DNA from: Octopus vulgaris
Taxonomy: Eukaryota
DNA: 64,000 nt
Direction: 5' to 3'
NCBI GenBank assembly: GCA_951406725.2
Contig: OX597836.1
Coordinates: 47,740,001 to 47,804,000 of the forward strand
Shown: positions 13,207-25,992 of the stretch, piece by piece
Numbering within the stretch: position 1 is the first letter of the stretch
Layout of the letters: each line of letters starts with the position of its first letter
Notes under the pieces: generated by a model
What the model was told of the DNA's origin: nothing
The model's input: only the letters and a program-made list of their open reading frames with translations
The model's database searches: none
Translations under genes and position numbers: made by a program

Positions 13207-13958
13207 AGGCGCATGGCTCAGTGGTTAGAGCATCGAGCTTACGATCGTGAGGTTGTGAGCTCGAATCCCGGACCGGGCTGCGTGTTGTGTTCTTGAGCAA
13301 GACACTTTATTTCACGTTGCTCCAGTTCACTCAGCTGTAGAAATGAGTTGCGACGTCACTGGTGCCAAGCTGTATCGACCTTTGTCTTTCCCTTGGATAA
13401 CACTGGTGGCGTGGAGAGGGGAGGCCGGTATGCATGGGCAACTACTGGTCTTCCATAAAACAACCTTGCCCAGACTTGTGCCTCAGAGGGTAACTCTCTA
13501 GGTGCAAACCCATGGTCACTCATGACCGAAGGGGGTCTTTACCCTTTTACATATATATATATATATGATTTAGTTAGGAGTATTCTTAAGAATCGAGGCA
13601 CATTATGTAGGACGCCAGAAAGAGCTAGGTACGATGACATGGAGCTCACGGTGAAATAAAACAACATTGTAGGCTTCAAGTACCGGCAGGATAGCATAGA
13701 TATGCAAGTACCAAATTCAATTAGTAACCGTGGGTGTGAGTCACCACTGGATTGTTGATGTGATGTAGGTATAAAAAGTAATTTTAATTGGTATTTAAAA
13801 TTCACAACAGCTGTTTCTGTTTCTGTGGAATTTTGTTTAATGTTGTTGTAGGAGATTCCATCGTATCATGGAATCTACTATCATCAGGCAGAAAATTTAA
13901 CAGGTAACATCAACCTGGACATAGCCAGCATTTGTTGAGCTAGTAGTAATGCATTAGT

Positions 13959-14255
13959 GGAGGCACATGGCCTAGTGGTTAGAGCAGCAGACATGCGGTC
14001 GAGGGAGCACCGGTTCGAATCTCAGACCGGGCGATGTGTGTGTTTATGAGCGAAACACCTAAGCCCCACGTGGCTCCGGCAGAAAGTAATGGCAAACTTC
14101 TGCTGACTCTTTTGCCACAACTTTCTCTCACTCTTTCCTCCTGCATCTTGCAGCTCACCTGCGACGGACCGGCGTCCCGTCCAGGTGGGGAACCTATATG
14201 CCAAGAAACCGGGAAACCAGCCCTTATGAGCCAGGCAGGGCTCAAGAAGGAACAA
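13959..14255 (+). mobile_element. SINE family C (tRNA-derived); related copies at about 3411-3720, 12059-12305, 13207-13548
   Basis: A box TGGCCTAGTGG and B box GGTTCGAATC; shared body among copies. Confidence 0.8.
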
Positions 14256-15609
14256 TTTTTTTTTACTTGTAATGCATTCAGTTTCTATGCTCATACGTAT
14301 AGAAGAAAGTGTGGTCCAAAAGCGGCAGTTAACAAACAGAAATAAGAAATCATTGAAGTATACAATGAGAGAATCTAATTACATTTTTCTAATTTAGTTT
14401 ATGGTTCAACATAAACACAAAATACAAAAAAATCTGAAATTTCTATAGACATAGTGGAGCCAGAGATTGTAATTAGTCATGAAAACCATCGCAGATTTAT
14501 CCTCAGTTAAAGGAGACATACAAAAGAATCCACCGACCCCAAAATCATTCATCAAACTATCATCCACTTTTATCCCTTCCTTCACATATGTACACACAAC
14601 AGATATACACATATATATTCATATTTACATGAATATATATATATATAGGTGCAGGAGTGGCTGTGTGGTAAGTAGCTTGCTTACCAACCACATGGTTCTG
14701 GGTTCAGTCCTACTGCGTGGCACCTTGGGCAAGTGTCTTCTACTAAAGCCTCGGGCCGACCAATGCCTTGTGAATGGATTTGGTAGACGGAAACTGAAAG
14801 AAGCTTGTTGTATGTATATATATGTGTGTTTGTGTGTCTGCGTTTGTCCCCCCAACATCGCTTGACGACCAATGCTGGTGTGTTTACGTCCCCAAAAGAG
14901 AACGATAGAATAAGTCCTGGGGTCGATTTGCTCAACTAAAAGTGGTGCTCCAGCATGGCCGCAGTCAAAATGACTGAAACAAGTAAAAGAGTAAAGAGTA
15001 CATCACATATTCACATACACACACATAATATAGCACTAATTTCAAAATAATGATAGAATAGAAGATTAACGATTGGTTAATTAACCAAAGTGGATTATAA
15101 TCACATTCAATTATCTCAATGTGTATGTGGGTGTCAGTGCAAATGAAAGCGGGCATGTATAAATGTATATGAATATACTAGCTAATACTTGCGTATGAAT
15201 GTTTGAACGAGCATGCTAATTGCTGGTGACCATTCATATAATGAGAATTATCAACACATTACTGGATTCTTCTAATATATATATATAAGTAGAAGGGCAG
15301 GCAACAGGTTGCTTTGCCGCATACCGAAAGAATTAGAAATAGCAGTCAGAGACTGTTTATTTCTATATTCTACAAGTGGGGCTCCACATAGGACATAACC
15401 CTGCAATTCACATATGCAAAATAGGAGGAATAAATAACGAAAACAATGCCTTACTGTTAATAGCGAACATGTTTCTAGATCAGAAGTAAGAAAATACTTC
15501 ATGTCTTTCATCAGCGCCATCTTCGATAGATTTATCAAATGCCACCTACCTCCACCTTTGACCAGGCGACATCAAAATAGTGGGAGAAATTATTTACCCT
15601 TATTATTAT

Positions 15610-16152
15610 ATATATATATATTATATAAAATGCATGTCTGTGTCTTCTAGGATCTCGGGCATCCTCCATCCGATTGCACTCAAATTTGATATGTAGATAC
15701 CGACGGTATCAGGGCGTGTATAAGTCTTGAAAAAAATTACAAAAATCGATTCCAGGAGAATGTGATCAATAAAGCTGTGGGAACGTGCATTTGTACACGC
15801 AAGTACACCAGCTGTTGCAATCAATACTACGTGCACGTGAGAAAAATGCACATGCAGTTTGCGCAAAGAAAAGCCGGCTGGCTTGAAATAATGCCACAAA
15901 ATGCAGTATTTTTAAGAGACCAAAAAAGTAAGATGCAAAAGAGATATTTTCTTCAAACTTGGCATGAAGGAAGGAAAGACTATTTGGTTTCTCAAGAAGT
16001 TTTCTTTTTGCCTTAACTTTGTTTAACAAAACCAAAAATTTTATTGAAATAAAGGCATGCTTAATTATTTTTTAATGAAAAGAAAACACTGATTGCTTTT
16101 TATTCAGCAGATATGATTCAGCACCGTCCATTGGACGGGGGGCGTTTTGCTC

Positions 16153-16153
<1 letters not shown>
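15610..16153 (+). mobile_element. Possible Helitron-like element, third family
   Basis: TA-rich start, subterminal hairpin CCGTCCA-T-TGGACGG (16124-16138), CTCG|T end. 5' boundary uncertain. Confidence 0.4.
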
Positions 16154-16209
<56 letters not shown>

Positions 16210-16580
16210 TATTTACATACAGATGTATGTATACATATACATACATGGACATGTACAGCTGCATGTATATTCACACACATACACACACATGTATATATGA
16301 ATTCATCATTCAGTGTCCATTTCCCATGTGGTGGTTTGAAAGAGTCTAAGCCAGCCACAGAGCTGCATTTCTATATCTGGATACCCTTTCTTACACAGAC
16401 CATCTTGAGTGTGTAAGATGGTGATGGTGATGATGATGATAATGTCTGTATATACAGAGTAGGCCAGAAGTCACGCACAAAATAAGTTCAATACATTTTG
16501 GAATTGTCAAAGACATGCTTCAATTTTTCTAAAATTGAATAAAATAAAATAAAGATGAATACTTATACATGGTGAACAAA

Positions 16581-17432
16581 ATCATCATCATCAGCATCAG
16601 CATCGTTTAACGTCCGTTTTCCATGCTGGCATGGTTGGACAGTTTGACTGAGGACTGGCGAGCCAGAAGGCTGCACCAGGCTTAATCTGATCTGGCAAAG
16701 TTTCTACAGCTGATGCCCTTCCTAATGCCAACCACTCCGAGGGTGTAGTGGGTGCTTTTACGTGACACGGGTACGAGGGCCAGTCAGTCGGTTCTGGCAA
16801 CAACCACGCTCAAAAGGTGTTTTTTTTACATGCTACCTGCACAGGAGCCAGTCCGGTGGCACTGGCAATTGCCATGCTCGAATGTTGCTTTGCACATGTG
16901 CTGGTAAGGCGACGCTGGCAATGATCATGCTCAAATAGTGCTTTTTACGTGCCACCAGCACATGAGCCAATCCATGGCCCTGGCAATAATCATGCTCGGA
17001 TGTGCTTTTAACGTTCCACTGGCACAAATGCCAATCAGGTGTAACTGTCATCGGCCACGTCAGTAATTTTGATTTGATTTCACTTGCCTCAATAGGTCTT
17101 CGCAAGCAAAGTTCATTGTCTAATGAAATGAATGAGGGGTACCCATAAGTGGGCCAGTTACACCTCACGTTCGGATGTGCTTTTAACGTTCCACTGGCAC
17201 GAGTGCCAATCAGGTGTAACTGTCATCAGCCACGTCAGCGATTTTGATTTCACTTGTCTCAATGTCTTTCCAAGCAAAGTTTATTGTCCAATGAATGAGA
17301 AGTATTCATAAGTGGGCTGGTTACACCCACTGGCATAGGCCATGGGCTATGGTCTCACTTGGTTTGTCGGGTCTTCTCAAGCACAGCATATCTCCAAAGG
17401 TCTCAGTCACTAATCATTGCCTCGATAAGGCC
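16581..17432 (-). mobile_element. 3' UTR fragment of the RTE LINE with (GAT)n tail; shorter tails also at about 39185-39510, 40250-40760, 47910-48070, 54510-54700, 55996-56280 (-) and 60836-61032 (+)
   Basis: Shared terminal motif …ccatgctagcatggaaaacggacgttaaacgatgatgat and the ~60-bp GTGCCNNTGGCAC repeats. Confidence 0.85.
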
Positions 17433-18246
17433 CAAATAATCCTTTCTACTTAATTTTGCAGGTGGGACACTAGTCATTTACATTCACCCCAGTGTTTCAT
17501 CAGTATTTTGCCCAGCGCACTAACGATTATGCCAACCTGCAACCTTAATAATAATAATAATGGTTTCAAAATTTGCCACAGGGGCAGCAATTTTGGGATA
17601 GGGGATGAGTCGATTACATCAACCCCTGTCCTCAACCAACGATTCTGCCAGCTTGCCACCTTAATAATAATAACAATAATAATAATAATAATAATCCTTT
17701 CTACTATAGGCACAAGACCTGAAGTTTTGGGGGAGGGGACTAATCGATTAAATCGACTCCAGTGTTTCACTGGTATTTAATTCACTGACCCCAAAAGGAT
17801 GAAAGGCAAAGTTGGCCTCAGCGGAACTTGAACTCAGAATGTAAGGAAAGATGAAATACTTCTAAGCATTTTGCCCATGATGAAGGATTTGGTGTGTGAC
17901 TTTTGGCCCACCCTCTGTATATTTATATTTATTTATTATGTGTATGTGTTTATTTGTTAATTGCTGGCTTAAATTCTATAAAAGGAGGACGTTTAGATCC
18001 CAAACAAGGAAACATATATATTTATATATTTTTCAAACCTATACTCTTTTACTTGTTTCAGTCATTTGACTGCGGCCATGCTGGAGCACCGCCTTTTAGT
18101 CGAGCAAATCGACCCCGGGACTTATTCTTTGTAAACCCAGTACTTATTCTATCGGTCTCTTTTTGCCGAACCACTAAGTGACGGGGACATAAACACACCA
18201 GCATCGGTTGTCAAGCAATGCTAAGGGGACAAACACAGACACACAA

Positions 18247-18289
<43 letters not shown>

Positions 18290-19206
18290 CATACATACAT
18301 ATATACGACAGGCTTCTTTCAGTTTCCGTCTACCAAATCCACTCACAAGGCATTGGTCGGCCCGGGGCAATAGCAGAAGACACTTGCCCAAGGTGCCACG
18401 CAGTGGGACTGAACTCGGAACCATGTGGTTGGTTAGCAAGCTACTTACCACACAGCCACTCCTGCGCCTGTGTATATTTATATTTATTTATTATGTGTGT
18501 GTGTTTATTTGTTAATTGCTGGCTTAAATTCTATAAAAGGAGGACGTTTAGATCCCAAACAAGGAAACATATATATTTTTCAAACCTATCACACACTTTA
18601 AATCTTTATTTTTTTTCTTTCATTCCTAAAGAGATCAGAATACTTGGATACCAATTTCTCCAGCTTTTACACAACACAAAACTCATGAAAACTGAAAAGC
18701 AATTCACATCTGCCAAATTTATTAAAATAGGATTTTAAATAAACAACAGCAACAACAACAACAACAACAAATGGGGTTTTTTTGTAAATAAATAACAAAC
18801 TTTAAAAAAATATAAAAAATAAAAAAACAAAAACCTAATCATATAAAAAAAAAAGTTGTAGACACTATGTATGTGTGTGTGTGTTTTATATATATATACA
18901 TATATTTATATATATATATATATATATTGCATCATATACATAATAGCATATAATATACACTCATAATATACACATGTACAACCACCCACGTAAGACCTTG
19001 AAAATCAAGGACAGATCACAACAACCGCAGTAAGAGGAAGTTTGTGGCGCTTTTGGTGGTGAGGATGATGGTGGTGGAGGTGATGGTGGTGGAGGCGATA
19101 TGACTGGTGGAAGGTGGGATACTGTCTGTGATGTGTGGGATGCTGGGGTTACCAGGGTGACGCAAGGGAAAGCAGGTGGTCTCCACTGCCGTTGTTGTTC
19201 CTCCTT

Positions 19207-19479
19207 TCATATGGTACTCAAGACCTTATCATCCGACAGTCGGTAGTACACGGAGTCAGTGCTACCGGCTGCAGTGTCATCGTTGAGTTCTGAGCTGCCT
19301 GCCATTGATTGGTTAGTGGTGGTGGTGGTGGTGGTGGTAGTGGTGGTGGAGGTGATATTGGCCGTGGTGGTGGTGGTGGTGGTGGTGGTGTCACATACTT
19401 CACTGCTGTTGAATGCAAGTTGGTCTTCATCACTAGGTATAGTTAATGCTGGACATTCAAAGTGGACACAGTGAAAAAC
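19207..19479 (-). CDS. BTBD9: BTBD9 last coding exon (VFHCVHFECP plus Thr-rich low-complexity tail, TGA at 19209-19207)
   Basis: VFHCVHFECP motif; tttttaag| acceptor; (ACC)n tracts encode poly-Thr. Confidence 0.9.
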   Translation of the reverse strand, partial: VFHCVHFECPALTIPSDEDQLAFNSSEVCDTTTTTTTTTANITSTTTTTTTTTTTNQSMAGSSELNDDTAAGSTDSVYYRLSDDKVLSTI

Positions 19480-19675
19480 CTTAAAAAAAAAATGAAACAA
19501 AAAAGAATTAAGAACTGATGTGGTGGTGATGATGATGATGATGGTAATAATGATGATAATGATGGCAGAAGTGATAAGGTGATGGTGACAGTGGTGGTGA
19601 TATTTAACCCAGGGATAGAACTGCTCAAGCCTTTATCCCTACTTCTTTCTTTCTTTTTTTTTAAAGTGTAATGTA

Positions 19676-19892
19676 CAAGGGGCTGCTGAAAAGTTCCTGG
19701 CTTTAAGGGTTTTGCGAAAGGCCTGGTTGGAGGCCCAACCTTCCAAGTTCTTTCACAGGGCTTAGAAAAACTAAAGGACCACTGCAATAGGTGTGTGAAT
19801 CTGAGAGGGGAATATGTTGAATAAAATCATAATTAACTGATCCTTCTAAATTTTCTTTTACCCAAAACCAGGAATTTTCCAGCATCCCCTTC
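19676..19892 (+). mobile_element. Mariner-derived MITE
   Basis: Imperfect TIRs CAAGGGGCTGCTGAAAAGTTCCTGG / CCAGGAATTTTCCAGCATCCCCTTC, TA flanks, residual C-terminus CVNLRGEYVE*. Confidence 0.7.
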
Positions 19893-20887
19893 TATCTCAG
19901 ACTACAATATCATCTATTTTCAAAGCAGTAAGTACAATTGGAGGTACATTTAATTTCTATTTCTAGCAGGTCAAGCAATTATGTAGAGACTTTCTCTTTA
20001 CTTATGGTGGTGTTGTTAAAAACACAACTAGTTACAGCAGTGTGTTCATTATATACTCTTTTACTTGTTTCAGTCATTTGACTGCGGCCATGCTGGAGCA
20101 CCGCCTTTAGTCGAGCAAATCGACCCCGGGACTTATTCTTTGTAAGCTCAGTACTTATTCTATCGGTTTCTTTGGCCGAACCGCTAAGTGACGGGGACAT
20201 TAATCACACCAGCATCGGTTGTCAAGCAATGCTAGGGGGACAAACACAGACACACAAACATACACACACATACATATACATATATACGACAGGCTTCTTT
20301 CAGTTTCCATCTACCAAATCCACTCACAAGGCATTGGTTGGCCCGGGACTATAGCAGAAGACACTTGCCCAAGATGCCACGCAGTGGGACTGAACCCGGA
20401 ACCATGTGGTTGGTTAGCAAGCTACTTACCACACAGCCACTCCTGCGCCTATACCAAACAGTATTTATAATTTTTTACATATTCATTAATTTAGCTTACA
20501 ATAAATCAGCACAAACTTTTGTCATCAATCTTTAGTCAGTTTTTCCAAACTGGAATAGAATGTCAGAAACCATACGACACATGCTTGATTTCTACAGCTG
20601 GATGCTCTTCCAGTTGCTGACCACTCATACAGTGTAGACCAGACACATTGTGCCACCATCACTACACAAGTTGCTGGTAGCAAAACTACAAGAATCTTCC
20701 CTGTTGCTCTGATTCTAGTTTGTCTTCAGTTACTGCTCTTCTTGATGGGTTCCCCAGTCTGAGACTTGTGGAATCTATATTTCCTTCAAATAAATGCATC
20801 TGAGACTCTAAAAATGTTTGCATTCTACCAACATTTAATACTCCATGCTGCTTATTACCACAACATACATTTATTGTCAACATGAGT

Positions 20888-21300
20888 GGCGCAGGAGTGG
20901 TTGTGTGGTAAGTAGCTTGCTAACCAACCACATGGTTCCAGGTTCAGTCCCACTGCGTGGCATCTTGGGCAGGTGTCTTCTGCTATAGCCCCGGGCCGAC
21001 CAATGCCTTGTGAGTGGATTTGGTAGACGGAAACTGAAAGAAGCCTGTCGTATATATGTATATATATTTATATATATATGTGTGTGTGTGTGTGTATGTT
21101 TGTGTGTCTGTGTTTGTCCCCCTAGCATTGCTTGACAACCGATGCTGGTGTGATTATGTCCCCGTCACTTAGCGGTTCGGCAAAAGAGACCGATAGAATA
21201 AGTACTGAGCTTACAAAGAATAAGTCCCGGGGTCGATTTGCTGGACTAAAGGCGGTGCTCCAGCATGGCCGCAGTCAAATGACTGAAACAAGTAAAAGAA
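20888..21300 (+). mobile_element. SINE family A (tRNA-derived head, central TA/TG microsatellite, short tandem A-rich tail); other + copies at 14647-15000 and 44989-45405
   Basis: Head GGCGCAGGAGTGG.TGTGTGGTAAG…GGTTCAGTCCC (A/B boxes); more than 15 similar copies in the window. Confidence 0.92.
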
Positions 21301-22035
21301 TATGTGTTCACTACATCTTAACATGATCCTTATATTCTTATTTCTTTATTGCTCACAAGGGGCTAAACACAGAGGGGACAAACAAGGAGAGACAAAGAGA
21401 TAAAGTCGATTACATCAAACCTAGTGTGTAACTGGTACTTATTTAATCGACCCTGAAAGGATGAAAGGCAAAGTCGACCTTGGCAGAATTTGAACTCAGA
21501 ACATAGCGACAGACGAAATACCGCAAAGCATTTCGCCCAACATGCTAACGATTCTGCCAGCTCGCCGCCTTATGACCCTTACATTCTGTTAACACATCAA
21601 CCATTGTTGAACACACTAACATACACACTACACAACTGTGACTTGTTTCTTTTGTTTTCAGTTCAGCTACTTTTTCATTCCACTCTCTCCCACATGTCTC
21701 TCTCCCACATGTCTCTCTCCCACATGTACGGGGCATCTGTTCACTGGAGAAAGTCAACAATTTCTCACTGTCTTTCAGTTAAGCAGTGCTAATGACAAAA
21801 CACTGAAGTGGTGTTTATGCTCACACACATCTGAATGCGTGTGTGAATACACACGAGTTTTCTTGTCATCTTAACCTATTATTTTCCTTCACAATGCATT
21901 GGTTTGCCTAGGTTTTCATATAGTTCTTCACCATATAACCATGTGTCTGCATGTATACACACACACACACTTCTAAATGGCTTCTACAGAAATGTCACGA
22001 TCAGAGCATTGGTTAATCTAAGGCTTTCAGAGTTG

Positions 22036-22310
22036 CTGAAGCATGGAACAAATTGCCTGCGTCAGTTGTTGACTGCCATGACACTGCATCCTTTAAGGCC
22101 CTCATGCTTTCCGAAATCCGCCGAAACTACACCTGATTGTCCCCCTTCCATACTCATACGCGTGTATGCCATGACTCATGCTCTGTTCTTTTCCTGACGC
22201 TTGTACATTACCCTATGTACTATACATACACTTTAGATGAGTTGTAGTGCACCTGAGCACTGTACACAATGTTTTATTATTATTTTTATTATTATTATAT
22301 TATTATTAAG
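22036..22310 (+). mobile_element. 3' end of a CR1/L2-like LINE with (TTA)n tail; near-identical copy at about 1078-1270, related tail at about 850-975
   Basis: AWNKLPASVVDC…SFKAL…stop, typical of CR1-group C-termini. The ~190-bp segment is shared with 1078-1270. Confidence 0.7.
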
Positions 22311-22630
22311 ACAGTTTTGCAAAGTGGAATTGAACCTATATCCAATTGATTGCATGTGGAAATCTTAACCACGGGACTACAGCACTAAAACTGGGTCTTT
22401 TTTATCGATTCTTATATTAAGGACCTCTTTGGAACACAAGGGGTTGTGTTAGTGAACTGTTAACATCAGACCGGAGACTGTCCTGGTTAGCTTTGAAATA
22501 TCAGACCAAAAATGGGCCTGGAGTTTTGAAATAGGGTGGTTTGCAATGGTTAAGGTGAGTTGATAACACTAGGCTAGTGGAGCCTTGAGTGTGTGACCAA
22601 CACCGAGAGACAGAGCGAGTTTGCACTTAC

Positions 22631-22709
22631 TTCATTTGCCGTATTACGAGTACCGACTATCTTCACAAAAGCGACAGGTCTTCTCTCAAAAACAATTGTC
22701 TGCCAGGAT
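22631..22709 (-). CDS. BTBD9: BTBD9 exon 11 (SWQTIVFERRPVAFVKIVGTRNTANE)
   Basis: Hand translation matches SWQ.V.FER.P..F..IVGT.NTANE; attttcag| and |gtaagt; 79 nt. Confidence 0.95.
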
Positions 22710-24042
22710 CTGAAAATAAGGAATGTAGTTTTATTTCATTTCAATTTTATTTTTGCTCTAGAAAGCTGATACTGGGGTAATGTTGTTCCTGTAGCCAAGA
22801 CAACCACAGGAAACCTAGATTTTCTCTTCAAAGTCACTGTAGTGTGCATTCTGAACAATTTAGTTGTTGTTTAAAGCAGGCCAAAAAACTATGTAAACTA
22901 GGAGTTCTCAACTAATTTTTACCTCTCTTTTTTCTCTTTCTCTTTTACTTGTTTCAGTCATTTGACTGCGGCCATGCTGGAGCACTGCCTTTAGTCGAGC
23001 AAATCGACCCTGGGACTTATTCTTTGTAAGCCCAGTACTTATTCTATCGGTCTCTTTTTGCCGAACCACTAAAAGGCGGGGACGTAAACACACCAGCATC
23101 GGTTGTCAAGCAATGCTAGGGGGATGAACACAGACACACAAACACACACACACATATATATATATATATATGACGAGCTTCTTTCAGTTTCCATCTACCA
23201 AATCCACTCACAAGGCATTGGTCGGCCCGGGACTATAGCAGAAGACACTTGCCCAAGATGCCATGCAGTGGGATTGAACCCTGAACCATGTGGTTGGTTA
23301 GCAAGCTACTTACCACACAGCCACTCCTGCGCCTATGGACCCCCTTAATTGCTATTTTACTCTGGTGGACCCCAATAGCCATTCAATGTCTAAAAGCTAG
23401 TTTTATAGATGCCTCTTTCAAAATTCCTATTTTGTTTTTCACACATTCTCTTATGTGGGACTAAAACAGCAGAGAGCGGAGAAAACACGTTCCAGTGACT
23501 GGAAACATAGAAAACTAGGAAAGAATGTTTGAGAAAGAAACCAAGTTCGTTTCTTGCAATAAATACATCAAATGCAACAGTTTTTTCATGGACCCTTAAA
23601 ATTCTACTCTTTTACTCTTTTATTTGTTTCAGTCATTTGACTGCGGCCATGCTGGAGCACCGCCTTTAATCAAGGAACTCGACCCCGGGACTTATTCTTT
23701 TGTAAGCCCAGTACTTATTCTATCGGTCTCTTTGGCCGAACCGCTAAGTGACGGGGACATAAACACACCAGCATCGGTTGTCAAGCAATGCTAGGGGGAC
23801 AAACACACACATGCATATGCATATATATATATATATATGATAAATCTCAGAGCGAGTTATAAACAGTAGCGGTAACACATCGTGTTGCATATTTGCCATT
23901 TGAATATGGCTAACCCATAAGGGTGGATGCTACTGTAGTTTGTAGCCCCAGGAAGATATCTCCTCCAGCTGGCCATAGACACACTATCTGTGTCCTGTCC
24001 GTATTTGTGAAGGGGAGTCATCCTCCCCGTCTTCAACACGAT

Positions 24043-24089
24043 TCACACGTACCCGAGTTTCAAGGTGTTTACCTTTCATCAGCGTGTGA
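24043..24089 (-). ncRNA. Minimal type I hammerhead ribozyme, core intact
   Basis: Minus strand: UCACACG-CUGAUGA-AAGGU aaac ACCUU-GAA-ACUC GGGU-A-CGUGUGA. Stem I 7 bp, stem II 5 bp, loop-less self-complementary stem III, GUA cleavage triplet. Confidence 0.85.
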
Positions 24090-24546
24090 CAATCATATAT
24101 ACGTGTGACATATATACGACGGGCTTCTTTCAGTTTCCGTCAACCAAATCTACTCACAAGGCTTTGGTCGGCCCGAGGCTATAGTAGAAGACACTTGCCC
24201 AAGGTGCCACGCAGTGGGACTGAACTCGGAACCATGTGGTTGGTTAGCAAGCTACTTACCACACAGCCACTCCTACTGTGGATTCTATTTTTCCAAAAAT
24301 CTTATATGGACCTACCCAGGGGCCATAGGGACCCTGGCTGAGTAGCACTGACGTAGAGGCTTTATTGCTAGCATGAGGTCACTGTAATGGTGATAGGGGC
24401 AGGAGCAGCAGAAAGGTTTACTTGATAGAGAGCCAATGAGATTTTAGAGCTTTTATTTAGTAGGACCCTATGAAACCCTAGAGATTCATAGGGTCCTTAC
24501 TAAGCCCTGGTTTTCCATTAAAGCAAGAAAGATATTGTTAACTTAC

Positions 24547-24654
24547 TTGCAAGGTTTCTGTTGATTGTCAGCTACTTTCACCCAATGTTGTTGATCGATT
24601 GACACTTCTATATAATAACTGTAACTTCTGTCATCACAGTCCCACAATAATAAC
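24547..24654 (-). CDS. BTBD9: BTBD9 exon 10 (LLLWDCDDRSYSYYIEVSIDQQHWVKVADNQQKPCK)
   Basis: Hand translation; tttcag| and |gtaagt; 108 nt. Confidence 0.95.
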
Positions 24655-25992
24655 CTGAAACAGAATCAATATTATCATTATCATTGTTGTTGTGTTATCA
24701 CTGTTAAGGTGGCAAGCTGACAGAATCATTAGTGGCATTTCATCCAACTTTCGTTCTGAGTTCAAATTCTGCCAAGGTCAACTTATCCTTTCAGGGTCAA
24801 TAAAATAAGTTCCAGTATAGTAGTGCAGTCAGTGTAATCAACTCACATCCTCTCCCAAAATTTCAGACCTTCTGCCTATAGGAGACAGAATTATTACACT
24901 GAGTAACAAAATTTTTATTCTTTTTTTTTTGTCTATTTCCTATTTGATTCCATCTAGAAATCACTACTATTCCTTTCAAACTTTGCTTTTATCACCTGGG
25001 CATCAATGTTTTGAAACTGACCTATTTTCCATTACATTTCAGACAGATTCAGCGCTGAGTTGCTGAAGCAGAAATATCATTATAGTAAATATCACAGATT
25101 TGCTTGTTACTTGCTTGACCATAACCACTTGGGCATGTCCCTTAGTGGTTGTCAATACACACATCTCTGATGATGAGCAGGAGTAGTGAGGGAGCATCAT
25201 AGCCATGTATCAAGAGGGATTCTTTGGGGTTTGAGTAAATGCAACAAAAGCAAAGTTTGAAGGAAAAATTAACCATTTTTCATACTTTCTCAGGGGTCAG
25301 CAAATAGGAAATAATATCAGTTGCTATCCAAGGACAAAAATCATGTTATACAGTGTTACCCTGCCATTATTCTCTGAAGTAAATAAAATATGTACTGGAC
25401 ATCAATCTTAACTACACACTGAAACTCTAAATTTGAGATTCTTTTGCCTATATTTGAAATCATGATTATCCGGAGGTTTTTAATTATGGCCTTTTATATT
25501 CTGAATTTGAAACATCATCCACATCCACTTGGCCTTTCTTCCTTTAGAAATTAAGATGTGGTAAGAAGGACTGTGCAATAGAAAGCATGTCTAGATATCT
25601 TCCTATATATTTATTCTAAGTCAACACCCACCAAGGTCAACTTTTTCTTTAATTCCTCCAGGGTAAATAAAATACCAGTCAAATGCCGGGATCAATTCAA
25701 CTGATTATATCTTCCCATCAAATCTGAGGATTTACACTGATGCTACACAAACACACACACAATGGGCTTCAGTACAGTTTCCATCTCTCAAATTCCACTC
25801 ACAAGACATGAGTGCAGCTGATTACATCAACTCCAGAACTTATTTCATTAACCTACAGAGAAGTAATGGGGAAATGAAACAGGCTGAGATTTGAACTCAG
25901 AATCTAAAAGTACATCAAATATCACACGTTTTCTTTTCTACTCCCCCCCCCCCCAATGGCCATCCATTACTTTACACAGAATCCCTACTTAC

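Noticed and set aside
13207-13280. tRNA-like sequences (also 3411, 12059, 13959, 43990)
   Set aside because: A/B boxes are present, but acceptor stems do not close and SINE bodies follow, so these are SINE heads rather than tRNA genes.
22736-22850. Possible alternative BTBD9 exon after ttcag at about 22850 (-)
   Set aside because: No BTBD9 similarity and it ends in a stop. The true exon 11 is 22631-22709.
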